A DNA stretch of 64,000 bases from Candidatus Eiseniibacteriota bacterium (lineage in GTDB: Bacteria > Eisenbacteria > RBG-16-71-46 > JACRLI01): assembly GCA_016235265.1 (NCBI GenBank), contig JACRLI010000014.1:247405-311404 (forward strand). The letters run 5' to 3'. Below the pieces are notes generated by a model. The model did no database searches. It was not told the origin of the DNA and saw only the letters and a program-made list of their open reading frames with translations. The translations under genes and the position numbers were made by a program. This document shows, one piece after another, positions 9,418 to 18,610 of this stretch. How positions within the stretch are numbered: position 1 is the first letter of the stretch; every line of letters begins with the position of its first letter.

Positions 9418-12400
9418 ATGCTTCTGAGCGACATCTCCATCAAGCGGCCCGTCTTCGCCACCATGATGATCCTGGCGCTGGTGGTGCTGGGGCTCTTCTC
9501 CTACGGGCGCCTCAACATCGACCAGTGGCCGGACGTGGAGTTCCCGTTCGTGGGCATCACCACCACGTACCCGGGGGCCAGCCCCGAGGCGGTGGAGCGC
9601 GAGGTCACCCGGAAGGTCGAAGAGCAGGTCAACTCGGTGCAGGGCGTGAAGAGGATCATGTCGCGCTCCTCCGAGGGCCTCTCGGTGATCTACATCCAGT
9701 TCCGCCTGGGCACCAAGGCCATGGACGCGCTGGCCGACGTGCGCGCCAAGGTGGATGGCCTGCGCCAGGAGCTGCCGCGGGACATCGACCCGCCGGTGGT
9801 GTCGCGTTTCGACATCCAGTCCGAGCCCATCATGAGCCTTTCGGTCAAGGGCGAAGGGTGGCGGCTGCGCGAGCTGACCCGGCTGGCCGAGGAGACGGTG
9901 AGCCGGCGTTTCGAGAACATCCCCGGCGTGAGCGGCGTGGACGTGGTGGGCGGCATGCGCCGCGAGATCCACGTGCTGATGCTGCCTGACCGGATGCAGG
10001 CCCTGGGCATCTCGCCGGATATGGTCATCGCGGCGCTGCAGCGCGAGAACGCCGACGTGCCCGCCGGCCGCGTGGAGCGCGGCAACACCGAGGACATGGT
10101 CCGGGTGAAGGGCCGGCTCAAGGAGCCGTCGCAGTTCAACGACCTGGTGGTGACTTCGCGGGGCGGGGTGCCGGTGCGGCTCTCGCAGGTGGCCCGCGTG
10201 GAGGACGCGCAGGAGGAGGAGCGCGACGTCGCCTACGTGGACGGCCAGCGCGCCGTGGCGGTGGAGGTGCGCAAGGTCTCGGGCGGCAACACCGTCCAGA
10301 TCGCCGACGAGGTGAAGAAGGCTGCCGGCGAGCTCAACAAGTCGCTGCCCGGCGGCGTGAAGGTGGCGGTGATCCGCGACAACTCCGTCTGGATCCGCAA
10401 CTCGGTGGAGGACGTGCAGACCACCCTGTGGCAGGGCGCGCTCCTGACCATCCTGGTGGTGTTCGTGTTCCTGAACTCGTGGCGGTCCACCGTGATCACC
10501 GGGCTCACGCTGCCGGTGTCGGTGATCGCCTCGTTCCTGGCGGTGTACTTCTTCGGCTTCACGCTGAACATGATGACCCTCATGGCGCTGTCGCTGGCCA
10601 TCGGGATCCTGATCGACGACGCCATCGTGGTGCGGGAGAACATCGTCCGGCATCTGGAGCGCGGCGAGGACCACGAGACGGCGGCGCGCCGCGGCACCAG
10701 TGAGATCGGGCTGGCGGTGCTGGCCACCTCCATGTGCATCGTGGCGGTATTCGTGCCGGTGGCCTTCATGGGCGGCATCGTGGGCCGCTTCTTCTACCAG
10801 TTCGGCATCACCGTGGCGTTCGCGGTGCTGGTGAGCCTGTTCGTCTCGTTCACGCTCGACCCGATGTTGTCGTCGAAGTGGTACGACCCGCAGGCCGAGG
10901 GCCACGAGCAGACCGGCATGCTGGGCAAGCGGCTGCAGAAGTTCAACCGCGGCTTCGAGAACATGGGCAAGCGTTACCGCCGCCTGATCTCCTGGGCGCT
11001 GGATCACCGCGCGCTCACCATGACCATCGCGGCCGCCTCCTTCGTGATCTCCATCGCGCTGCCGGCGGTGGGCCTGGTGGGCGGGCAGTTCATGCCCAAG
11101 TCGGACGAGGAGGAGACGTCCATCACCCTGGAGACGCCGGTGGGCTCGTCGCTGGCGTACACTTCCTCCAAGGCCATGGAGATCGTGCGCTGGCTCAAGA
11201 CCCGCCCGGAGGTGGCGTTCGCCTACACCACCCTGGGCGGCGGGCAGAACGACAACTCCGTGAGCAAGGGACAGATCTACGTCAAGATGGTGCCCAAGAA
11301 CCGCCGCGTGCTGAGCCAGGAGAAGTTCGACCAGCTGCTGCGCAGGCAGTTGACCCGCTTCCCCGGGGTGACCGCGCGGGTGATGCAACTGGGCTTCGGC
11401 GGCGCGCAGGCGCCGATCCAGATCAACCTGCGCGGCCCGAATCTCGAGGAGCTGCAGCGGCAGTCCGACAAGTCCATCGCCGCGCTGCGTGGCGTCCCGG
11501 GCCTGGTGGAGCTCAAGTCCAGCCTCGAGGGCCGCAAGCCGCAGTGGGAGGTGGAGGTCAACCGCGACGCGGCCGCGGACGTGGGGCTGTCGGTGGGCGC
11601 GGTGAGCTCGGCGCTGCGGCCCCTGATGGCGGGCGAGAAGGCCGGCGACTGGGAGGACGCCACCGGACTGGCGCACGACGTGCGCGTGCGGCTGGCGCCC
11701 GAGGCGCGCCAGTCGCAGGCCGACATCGCGCGCGTGCCCATCTCCACCGGCACGGTGGACCCGCTGACCGGCCGCCCCGTGACGGTGCCGCTGGCCCAGG
11801 TGGCCACCCTGCGCCGCACCGGCGCGCCCGACCTGATCCGCCGACAGGATCTCGAACGGGTGGCGATGATCGAGGGCAACTACGAGAACCGCCCGCTCAC
11901 CGACGTGGTGCGCGACGTGCAGGAGCGCCTGAAGAAGGTGAAACTGCCGCCCGGCTACCGCTTCGACTTCGGCGGCGAGCAGGAGGACTTCGTCGAGACC
12001 GTGAAGTACATGACCGAGTCGCTGATGCTGGCGATCGTGTTCATCTACCTGATCCTGGCCAGCCAGTTCGGCAGCTTCACGCAGCCCCTGGCCATCATGC
12101 TGTCCCTGCCACTTTCGCTGGTGGGGGTCACGCTGGCGCTCATGAGCACGCGCGGGACGTTCAACATGATGTCCATGGTGGGGATCATCATGCTGATGGG
12201 CCTGGTGACCAAGAACGCGATCCTATTGGTGGACTTCGCCAACCAGGCGCGCCGCCGCGGGCTGGACCGCAAGCGGGCGCTGATCGACGCCGGGGAGACG
12301 CGGCTGCGTCCCATCGTGATGACCACGCTGGCGATGATCTTCGGCATGCTGCCCACCGCGCTGGCGCTGGGCGCGGGCGCGGAGTTCCGCGCCCCCATGG

Positions 12401-12567
12401 CGCATGCCGTGATCGGCGGGCTGATCACCTCCACGCTGCTCACGCTGCTGGTGGTGCCGGTGGTGTACACGTTCCTGGACGACTTCACCAACCGCGTCGG
12501 TGCCGGCCTGAAGCGCTGGGCCGGCGGCCCCTCGGAGGAGAAGTCGGACTCGGAGAAGGTGGCCTAG
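9418..12567 (+). CDS. AcrB/SwrC-like RND permease
   Basis: Start MLLSDISIKRPVFA; GILIDDAIVVRENI, KNAILLVD, RLRPIVMT. Confidence 0.96.
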   Translation: MLLSDISIKRPVFATMMILALVVLGLFSYGRLNIDQWPDVEFPFVGITTTYPGASPEAVEREVTRKVEEQVNSVQGVKRIMSRSSEGLSVIYIQFRLGTKAMDALADVRAKVDGLRQELPRDIDPPVVSRFDIQSEPIMSLSVKGEGWRLRELTRLAEETVSRRFENIPGVSGVDVVGGMRREIHVLMLPDRMQALGISPDMVIAALQRENADVPAGRVERGNTEDMVRVKGRLKEPSQFNDLVVTSRGGVPVRLSQVARVEDAQEEERDVAYVDGQRAVAVEVRKVSGGNTVQIADEVKKAAGELNKSLPGGVKVAVIRDNSVWIRNSVEDVQTTLWQGALLTILVVFVFLNSWRSTVITGLTLPVSVIASFLAVYFFGFTLNMMTLMALSLAIGILIDDAIVVRENIVRHLERGEDHETAARRGTSEIGLAVLATSMCIVAVFVPVAFMGGIVGRFFYQFGITVAFAVLVSLFVSFTLDPMLSSKWYDPQAEGHEQTGMLGKRLQKFNRGFENMGKRYRRLISWALDHRALTMTIAAASFVISIALPAVGLVGGQFMPKSDEEETSITLETPVGSSLAYTSSKAMEIVRWLKTRPEVAFAYTTLGGGQNDNSVSKGQIYVKMVPKNRRVLSQEKFDQLLRRQLTRFPGVTARVMQLGFGGAQAPIQINLRGPNLEELQRQSDKSIAALRGVPGLVELKSSLEGRKPQWEVEVNRDAAADVGLSVGAVSSALRPLMAGEKAGDWEDATGLAHDVRVRLAPEARQSQADIARVPISTGTVDPLTGRPVTVPLAQVATLRRTGAPDLIRRQDLERVAMIEGNYENRPLTDVVRDVQERLKKVKLPPGYRFDFGGEQEDFVETVKYMTESLMLAIVFIYLILASQFGSFTQPLAIMLSLPLSLVGVTLALMSTRGTFNMMSMVGIIMLMGLVTKNAILLVDFANQARRRGLDRKRALIDAGETRLRPIVMTTLAMIFGMLPTALALGAGAEFRAPMAHAVIGGLITSTLLTLLVVPVVYTFLDDFTNRVGAGLKRWAGGPSEEKSDSEKVA

Positions 12568-13119
12568 GTGCCGGCCAGGCGGTCCTGCGCTGCCCTCGGC
12601 GTCGCGGCAACCGCGGCCGCCTTCCTCGTCGCGGGTTTCGGCCTTCCCGCGGCCGCAGCAGCCGGCGGCTGGCGCGACATGGCCGGCCGCTGGAAGCTGG
12701 ACCCCGCGCACGCGCAGAAGCCCGACACCGCCATCAGCCGCGGTCTCAAGGGGATGTTCTTCCTGGCCAAGCCCATCGCCAAGGGCAAGCTGCACCGGTA
12801 CCTGGACCCCGAGCCGGACTTCCGGCTGGTGCTTTCCGGCAACGCCGACACGCTCACGCTGCTCTACGGCAAGCTCCACCATTTCATGATTCCCGAGAAG
12901 GGCTCCTACACCTCGGAGAATCCCGACGAGGGCCACCTGGAGCGGCGCGATTCGTGGGAGGGGGGCGTGCTGGAGTCCTCGAACAAGTCCGGCGAAGGCA
13001 CCATGATCTACAAGTTCGTCCCCGACGCCGACTCGAAGCGGATCGAGCTGACGCTGACCATCGTCAGCGGCAAGCTCAACGGCCCGGTGAGCGGGAAGTA
13101 CGAGTACGTGAGGGAGTAG
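12568..13119 (+). CDS. Secreted hypothetical protein, lipocalin-like beta fold
   Basis: Signal peptide, MAGRWKLD motif, GC3-rich codon usage, abuts the RND stop codon. Confidence 0.65.
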   Translation: MPARRSCAALGVAATAAAFLVAGFGLPAAAAAGGWRDMAGRWKLDPAHAQKPDTAISRGLKGMFFLAKPIAKGKLHRYLDPEPDFRLVLSGNADTLTLLYGKLHHFMIPEKGSYTSENPDEGHLERRDSWEGGVLESSNKSGEGTMIYKFVPDADSKRIELTLTIVSGKLNGPVSGKYEYVRE

Positions 13120-13222
13120 GGGCCCGCGGCGCGGGCGCGGATCGGCGCGGGCGCAGACCGGTGCGGGCGTGGACCGGCGCAGGCGCGGACCGGCCCGGGC
13201 GCAGGCCGACGCCGCGGAGGTG

Positions 13223-14713
13223 CTACGGGGTCCAGGCGAGCGCGCGCAGCTTCGAGGGCGTCCCCGGTTCCACCCACGCCAGCACCAGGCCGTCGCGGCC
13301 CGCGACGAGTCGCGGCGTGCCCGCCTGCCTCGCGTTGGGCACGCTCGCGAGGGCCCGTGACTCCCCGCGCGTGCCGTCCGGGGAGATCCGGAGCGCCATG
13401 AGCCCGGCCGCGCCGGCCGGGCTGGCGGCCTTCTCGATCCAGGTCACCATCGCGTCCCCACCCGGGGTGAGGGCCACGGCCACCCGCCCCAGCGGGTGAC
13501 CCTGGTCGACCCGCGCGGCCGGACCGAACGTGGCGCCGCCGTCGCCCGAGAATGCCACCTGCACCCGGGGCGTGTCCGCGGCCGCCGTGTACCAGCAGGC
13601 CACCACGAAGTTGCCGTGCGCGGCCAGCGCGGGCCCGCTCACCGGGCAGCCGCGGATCATCCAGCCGTCGTCGCGCAGGCGGCCTTCCCTTGTCGCCATG
13701 GCCCTGCCTGCCTTGCCCTCCACGGCCCGCCCGCCGCCGTCCATGAGCAGCGTCGAGATGTCGCGGACTTCCCCGGGGCTGCGGTCGCGGTAGGCCACCA
13801 GGGTGCCGCGCGCTGTGTTCACCGCCGCCGTGGGGCAGCAGTCGCAGGTGCGCGGGTCCAGCGACTCGTCGGGGGTGGCGGCACCGTTCGGGCCGATCCA
13901 GGCCGTGCGCAGCGTCATCTCGGCGTCCGGTGATTCGTCGGCTCCGTGCGCGTGACCGGCGGCGCCCTTCGCGCCCGCGGCCTCCGCCGCGAACTTCCGG
14001 CCGTCCAGCCACACCGCGCGCACGCCGTTGCCCTCGGGTAGCAGCGACACGAAGCCGTGCTCGGTGGCGGTGCCGTCGCGGTGGGGCGTGACCGGCGTCG
14101 TCCACGTGCGGCCCGCGTTTCCGGACAGCGCCACGCGCACCGTCGCGGCCTCGCCGCCGGCCGCGTGCAGCCGCGGCCACGCGGCGGCCAGCCGGCCGCC
14201 CCCCAGCGGCACCACCGCGGGGGAGTTGGCCCAGTTCGCGAGCATCGAGTCCCCGGTCGGGACGGTGCCCGGGGCGCTCCAGTGGCGGCCCGGGCCGAGG
14301 CGGGAGAAGCGCAGCGCGTGCCCGTCCCGCCCGGCGGGCTCGATCCAGCTGAGCCAGACCGTGCCCGCGGTGTCGGCCGACAGGAACGGCGCGGAACTGC
14401 CGGGGGCGGCGGGCGGGTCGATCGGGTGGCGGGCGAGATCCGGTGGCGCGCCGGCCTGGACTGCGGCGGCGCCGAAGGCGAGCGCGGCGAGAACTCCCGG
14501 GCCGAGGACTCCGCGCGCGAGCGCGGCGAGAACTCCCGGGCCGAGGACTCCGCGCGCGAGCGCGGCGAGAACTCCCGGGCCGAGGACTCCGCGCGAGAGT
14601 GCGACGGGAATCTCCGGGCGGAGGAGCCCGCGCGCGAATGCGCCGCGCGCGCGCGGACCCGCAAGCAGCAGGGGCGCACCACCGTGTGCCCCCGGCAAAC
14701 GCGGCAGTTTCAC
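13223..14713 (-). CDS. Secreted BNR-repeat/sialidase-fold protein with His/Cys metal-binding motifs (start uncertain)
   Basis: 3' part of the long ORF: NWANSP, SGNAGRTW, HGFVS, WLDGR, HAHG, TCDCCPT, GCPVSGP, SGDGGATF. Confidence 0.78.
   Translation of the reverse strand: MKLPRLPGAHGGAPLLLAGPRARGAFARGLLRPEIPVALSRGVLGPGVLAALARGVLGPGVLAALARGVLGPGVLAALAFGAAAVQAGAPPDLARHPIDPPAAPGSSAPFLSADTAGTVWLSWIEPAGRDGHALRFSRLGPGRHWSAPGTVPTGDSMLANWANSPAVVPLGGGRLAAAWPRLHAAGGEAATVRVALSGNAGRTWTTPVTPHRDGTATEHGFVSLLPEGNGVRAVWLDGRKFAAEAAGAKGAAGHAHGADESPDAEMTLRTAWIGPNGAATPDESLDPRTCDCCPTAAVNTARGTLVAYRDRSPGEVRDISTLLMDGGGRAVEGKAGRAMATREGRLRDDGWMIRGCPVSGPALAAHGNFVVACWYTAAADTPRVQVAFSGDGGATFGPAARVDQGHPLGRVAVALTPGGDAMVTWIEKAASPAGAAGLMALRISPDGTRGESRALASVPNARQAGTPRLVAGRDGLVLAWVEPGTPSKLRALAWTP
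14478..14594. repeat. Tandem repeat, 3 x 39 bp
   Basis: GCGAGCGCGGCGAGAACTCCCGGGCCGAGGACTCCGCGC x3; encodes ARGVLGPGVLAAL-type repeats on the minus strand. Confidence 0.95.
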
Positions 14714-14793
14714 GCAAACCTCCGGTTGCGGCCAGAGGTGGTGGTGGCCGGCGGGACGGGCCCGGCAAGCCGGGAGCCCGCGCCGGCGCGGCC

Positions 14794-16467
14794 CTACAGC
14801 GACTTCACCGCCGAGTACTCGCCCCACACCGAGCGCAGCGAGTCGCTGATCTCGCCGAGGGTGACGTCGGCCTTCACGCAATCCAGGATGCGTGGCAGCA
14901 GGTTCCCCGCACCCTTCGCTCCCGACTCCAACTCCCGGCGTGCGGCCGCGGCGGAGGCCTCGGAGCGGGCGGCGCGGAACTCGCGCAGCCGCTCCAACTG
15001 GCGGGCCGCGGAGGCCTCGTCGGGCGCGAACGGCTGCATCTTCTCCGGCTCCTCCACGGCGTACTTGTTCACGCCCACCACGGTGAGCCGGCCATCCTCG
15101 ATGGCCCGCTGCGCGGCGTAGGCGCTGCGGTGGATCTCGCGCTGCACCCAGCCCTGCTCGATGGCGCGCGGCATGCCACCCATCTTCCCGACCTCGTCCA
15201 GGATCTTCATGGCCGCGGCCTCCAGATCGTCGGTGAGCCGCTCCACAAAATACGAACCCGCCAGCGGATCCGCGGTGTCGGCCACGCCGCTCTCCTCGCC
15301 GATGATCTGCTGCGTGCGCAGCGCGGTGCGCACCGCGATCTGCGTGGGCAGGGACAGGGCCTCGTCCATGGAGTTGGTGTGCAGCGACTGCGTTCCGCCC
15401 AGGGCCGCGGCCAGTGCCTGCAGCGTCACGCGCACCACGTTGTTCTCCGGCTGCTGGGCGGTGAGCGTGGAGCCGGCGGTCTGGGTGTGGAAGCGCAGCA
15501 GCCAGGAGCGCGGGCCCTTCGCGTGGAACCTCTCGCGCATGAAGCGCGCCCACATGCGCCGCGCGGCGCGGAACTTGGCCACCTCCTCGAAGAACAGGTT
15601 GTGCGAGTTGAAGAAGAAGCTGAGCCGCGGCGCGAAGGCGTCCACGTCGAGCCCCGCGTCCACCGCGGCCTGCACGTAGGCCAGGCCGTTGCCCAGGGTG
15701 AACGCCAGCTCCTGCGCGGCGGTGGAGCCGGCTTCGCGGATGTGGTAGCCGGAGATGGAGATGGTGTTCCAGCTGGGCACCTTCTCGAAGCAGAAGGCGA
15801 TCAGGTCGGTGGTCAGCCGCATGCTGGGCGCGAGGGGGAAGATGTACGTCCCGCGCGCGGCGTACTCCTTCAGGATGTCGTTCTGCACCGTGCCGTTGAG
15901 CCGGTCGAAGGCCACCCCGCGCTTCTCCGCCAGCGCCAGGTAGAAGGCGAGCAGGATCGAGGCGGTGGCGTTGATGGTCATGGACACGCTCACCGTCTCC
16001 TGCGGGATGGCCTCCATGAGCCGCTCCATGTCCGCGCGCGTGGCCACCGCGACGCCGACCTTGCCCACCTCGCCGGCGGCGCGCGGGGAATCGGAGTCGT
16101 AGCCCATCTGGGTGGGCAGGTCGAAGGCCACCGAGAGGCCGGTCTGGCCCTGCTCCAGCAGGTAGCGGTAGCGGCGGTTGGACTCGTCGGCATCGCCGAA
16201 GCCGGCGTATTGCCGCATGGTCCACAGCCGCGCGCGGTACATGTCCGCGTGCACGCCGCGGGTGAAGGGGAAGGCGCCCGGATCGCCCAGGCGCTCCTGG
16301 AGCCCCGGCGCGACGTCCGCGGCGCGGTAGGTGCCCTGCACCTCGAGGCCGGAGGAGGTCTCGAAGCGTTCGTGGCGGAGGGCCCGGGGCTTCCCGGCGG
16401 ACTTGTCTCGGGCTGGGTTGCCTCCGGCGGGCATGTCCCCTCCGGGTCCGTGGCCCTTTCCGCTCAC
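14794..16467 (-). CDS. Methylmalonyl-CoA mutase, substrate-binding (large) subunit
   Basis: PFTRG, MRQYAGF (Tyr, MCM-type), [30 protein letters not shown]; no B12-binding domain. Confidence 0.95.
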   Translation of the reverse strand: MSGKGHGPGGDMPAGGNPARDKSAGKPRALRHERFETSSGLEVQGTYRAADVAPGLQERLGDPGAFPFTRGVHADMYRARLWTMRQYAGFGDADESNRRYRYLLEQGQTGLSVAFDLPTQMGYDSDSPRAAGEVGKVGVAVATRADMERLMEAIPQETVSVSMTINATASILLAFYLALAEKRGVAFDRLNGTVQNDILKEYAARGTYIFPLAPSMRLTTDLIAFCFEKVPSWNTISISGYHIREAGSTAAQELAFTLGNGLAYVQAAVDAGLDVDAFAPRLSFFFNSHNLFFEEVAKFRAARRMWARFMRERFHAKGPRSWLLRFHTQTAGSTLTAQQPENNVVRVTLQALAAALGGTQSLHTNSMDEALSLPTQIAVRTALRTQQIIGEESGVADTADPLAGSYFVERLTDDLEAAAMKILDEVGKMGGMPRAIEQGWVQREIHRSAYAAQRAIEDGRLTVVGVNKYAVEEPEKMQPFAPDEASAARQLERLREFRAARSEASAAAARRELESGAKGAGNLLPRILDCVKADVTLGEISDSLRSVWGEYSAVKSL

Positions 16468-16991
16468 GGGGCCGCCTCCGCGGGCACCGGCGGCGCGAGC
16501 GTGATCAGGCTGGCGCCGCCGTCCACGGACTGGCCCACCTGCACGTGGATCTTGTCCACCTTCCCCGGGGCCGGCGCGCCCAGCTCGTTCTGCATCTTCA
16601 TCGCTTCCATCACCACCAGCGCCTGGCCTTCCTGCACCTCGTCGCCGGCGGCCACCTTCACCGCCACGATGAGCCCCGGCATGGGGGCCTTGAGCGCCAC
16701 CGGGCCGGTCACGGCCTTCTTGCGCTCGGGCCTGCGGGTGCGCGCGCGCACCTCGTCGAGCACCGTCATCTCGTGGGTGGCGCCGCCGAACCGCACCCGG
16801 AACAGGTCGCCCTCGCGGTCCACCGCCACCTCGCGGCTGCGCCCCTCGGTGAGGATGGAGTACGCGCCGGCCGAAAGCTCGGCGCAGTCGATGTAGGATT
16901 CCACGCCGTCCAGCAGCACCTTCCAGCCGCTGCCCGCGGGGATGAACTCCACCCAGCGCTCCTTTTCCCCGATCCGCACGCTGTACTTCAT
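16464..16991 (-). CDS. Biotin carboxyl carrier protein
   Basis: Start MKYSVRIG; [14 protein letters not shown] biotinylation motif. Confidence 0.94.
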   Translation of the reverse strand: MKYSVRIGEKERWVEFIPAGSGWKVLLDGVESYIDCAELSAGAYSILTEGRSREVAVDREGDLFRVRFGGATHEMTVLDEVRARTRRPERKKAVTGPVALKAPMPGLIVAVKVAAGDEVQEGQALVVMEAMKMQNELGAPAPGKVDKIHVQVGQSVDGGASLITLAPPVPAEAAP

Positions 16992-18505
16992 ATCCGGCCT
17001 CCCGCCCCCGGCCGGCCGGCCCGCTTCCAGGCCCCGCCGACCCCGTCGCCCGTCGCGGCCACCGCCTCCACGCGCGCCCCGCCCGTGGAAGGGTGCAGCA
17101 TCGCGTGCAGCGCCGCCGCGCGGACCGCCAGCGCCTCCTCCTCCTCGGTGGGTTGCACCGCCTGCGGATGGTAGAACTGGGCCACCATGCCCACGTCGCA
17201 GCGGCCTTCCACGAACTCGGGGTGGTTCAGCGCCCAGCGGTGGAAGGGGATCGAGGTCTTCACGCCCTCGATCACGTACTCGTGCAGCGCGCGCAGCATC
17301 CGGCGGCGCGCCTCGTTGCGGTCGCGGCCCCACGCGATCAGCTTGCCCACCAGGGAGTCGTAGTACAGCGTGATCTCGGAGCCCGGGTACACCCCCGCGT
17401 CGTTGCGCAGGCCCGGGCCGCTGGGCAGCCGGAATCTCGAGATCTTCCCGATGGAGGGCATGAAGTTCTTCTCGGGGTCCTCCGCGGTGATGCGGCACTC
17501 GATGGCGTGGCCGCGCGGCTGGATGTCCGCCTGCGCGAACGGCAGCTTGCCCCCGCTGGCCACGAACAGCTGCAGCTTCACCAGGTCGAGCCCGGTGACC
17601 ATCTCGGTCACGGGGTGCTCCACCTGCAGCCGCGCGTTGACCTCCAGGAAGTAGAAGTTCTGGTCCTTGTCCACCATGAACTCGGCGGTGCCGGCGTTGG
17701 TGTAGCCGGCCTGCAGCGCCAGGCGCACGGCGCAATCGCCCATGGCCCGGCGCACCTCGTCGCGCAGGTTGGGGGCGGGGGTTTCCTCGATCAGTTTCTG
17801 GTGGCGGCGCTGCACGGAGCAGTCGCGCTCGCCCAGGTACACGGCGCTGCCGTGATGGTCGGCCAGGAACTGGATCTCCACGTGGCGCGGGCGCTCGAGG
17901 TACTTCTCGAGGTACACCTCGTCGCTGGAGAAGGCGGCCTTGGCTTCCCCGCGCGTCAGCTCCAGCGCGGAGGCCATCTCCTCCTCGGCGCGCACCACGC
18001 GCATTCCCTTGCCGCCCCCGCCCGCGGAGGCCTTGAGCAGCACCGGGTAGCCGATCTGCTTCGCCTCGTGGAGGGCCTCCTCCAAGTTGCGCAGCGGCTT
18101 TTCCAGCCCGGGCACCATGGGCACCCCGGCCTTGCTGGCCAGGCGGCGCGCGGCCAGCTTGTTGCCCAGCGCGTTCATCGCCTCCCAGGACGGGCCGATG
18201 AAGGCCATGCCGGCCTTCTGGACCGCCTTCGAAAAGTCGGCATTCTCCGCCAGAAAGCCATAGCCCGGGTGCACCGCTTCGGCGCCGCAGCGCTTCGCGA
18301 TCTCCAGCAGCTTGTCCACGTTGAGGTAGCTTTCGCGGGCTGGCGGGGGACCTAGCAGGTAGGCTTCGTCGGCATGCAGCACATGGAGCGAGCGGCGGTC
18401 GGCTTCCGAGTAGACGGCCACACTGCCCACCCCGAGTTCCTTGAGTGCGCGGCTCACGCGCACGGCGATCTCGCCACGGTTGGCGATGAGCACCTTCTTG
18501 AACAC
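16988..18505 (-). CDS. accC: Biotin carboxylase subunit (acetyl-/propionyl-CoA carboxylase)
   Basis: [50 protein letters not shown]. Confidence 0.95.
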   Translation of the reverse strand: MFKKVLIANRGEIAVRVSRALKELGVGSVAVYSEADRRSLHVLHADEAYLLGPPPARESYLNVDKLLEIAKRCGAEAVHPGYGFLAENADFSKAVQKAGMAFIGPSWEAMNALGNKLAARRLASKAGVPMVPGLEKPLRNLEEALHEAKQIGYPVLLKASAGGGGKGMRVVRAEEEMASALELTRGEAKAAFSSDEVYLEKYLERPRHVEIQFLADHHGSAVYLGERDCSVQRRHQKLIEETPAPNLRDEVRRAMGDCAVRLALQAGYTNAGTAEFMVDKDQNFYFLEVNARLQVEHPVTEMVTGLDLVKLQLFVASGGKLPFAQADIQPRGHAIECRITAEDPEKNFMPSIGKISRFRLPSGPGLRNDAGVYPGSEITLYYDSLVGKLIAWGRDRNEARRRMLRALHEYVIEGVKTSIPFHRWALNHPEFVEGRCDVGMVAQFYHPQAVQPTEEEEALAVRAAALHAMLHPSTGGARVEAVAATGDGVGGAWKRAGRPGAGGRI

Positions 18506-18559
18506 GGGCACCTCCCCTCCACAATCGGCCAAAACCACGCTTCAGCATAGACCCGGTGC

Positions 18560-18610
18560 GGGGAGGGAGCAAGCTTGGTTGCATGCTTTGGTTGCATGCA
18601 GTTGTTAGAC
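18560..18610 (-). mobile_element. Truncated attC-like site at the end of hsdR
   Basis: Minus strand GTCTAAC (contains the hsdR TAA) followed by AACTGCATGCA, resembling the start of the attC at 28410-28469; then a GCATGCAACCAA duplication and no R' box. Confidence 0.5.

Noticed and set aside
14478-14594. Possible CRISPR array
   Set aside because: The repeats are contiguous with no spacers, lie within a CDS, and there are no cas genes
14714-16225. 1000-aa ORF joining the mutase region to the BNR protein
   Set aside because: Alternative-frame overlap with the mutase gene
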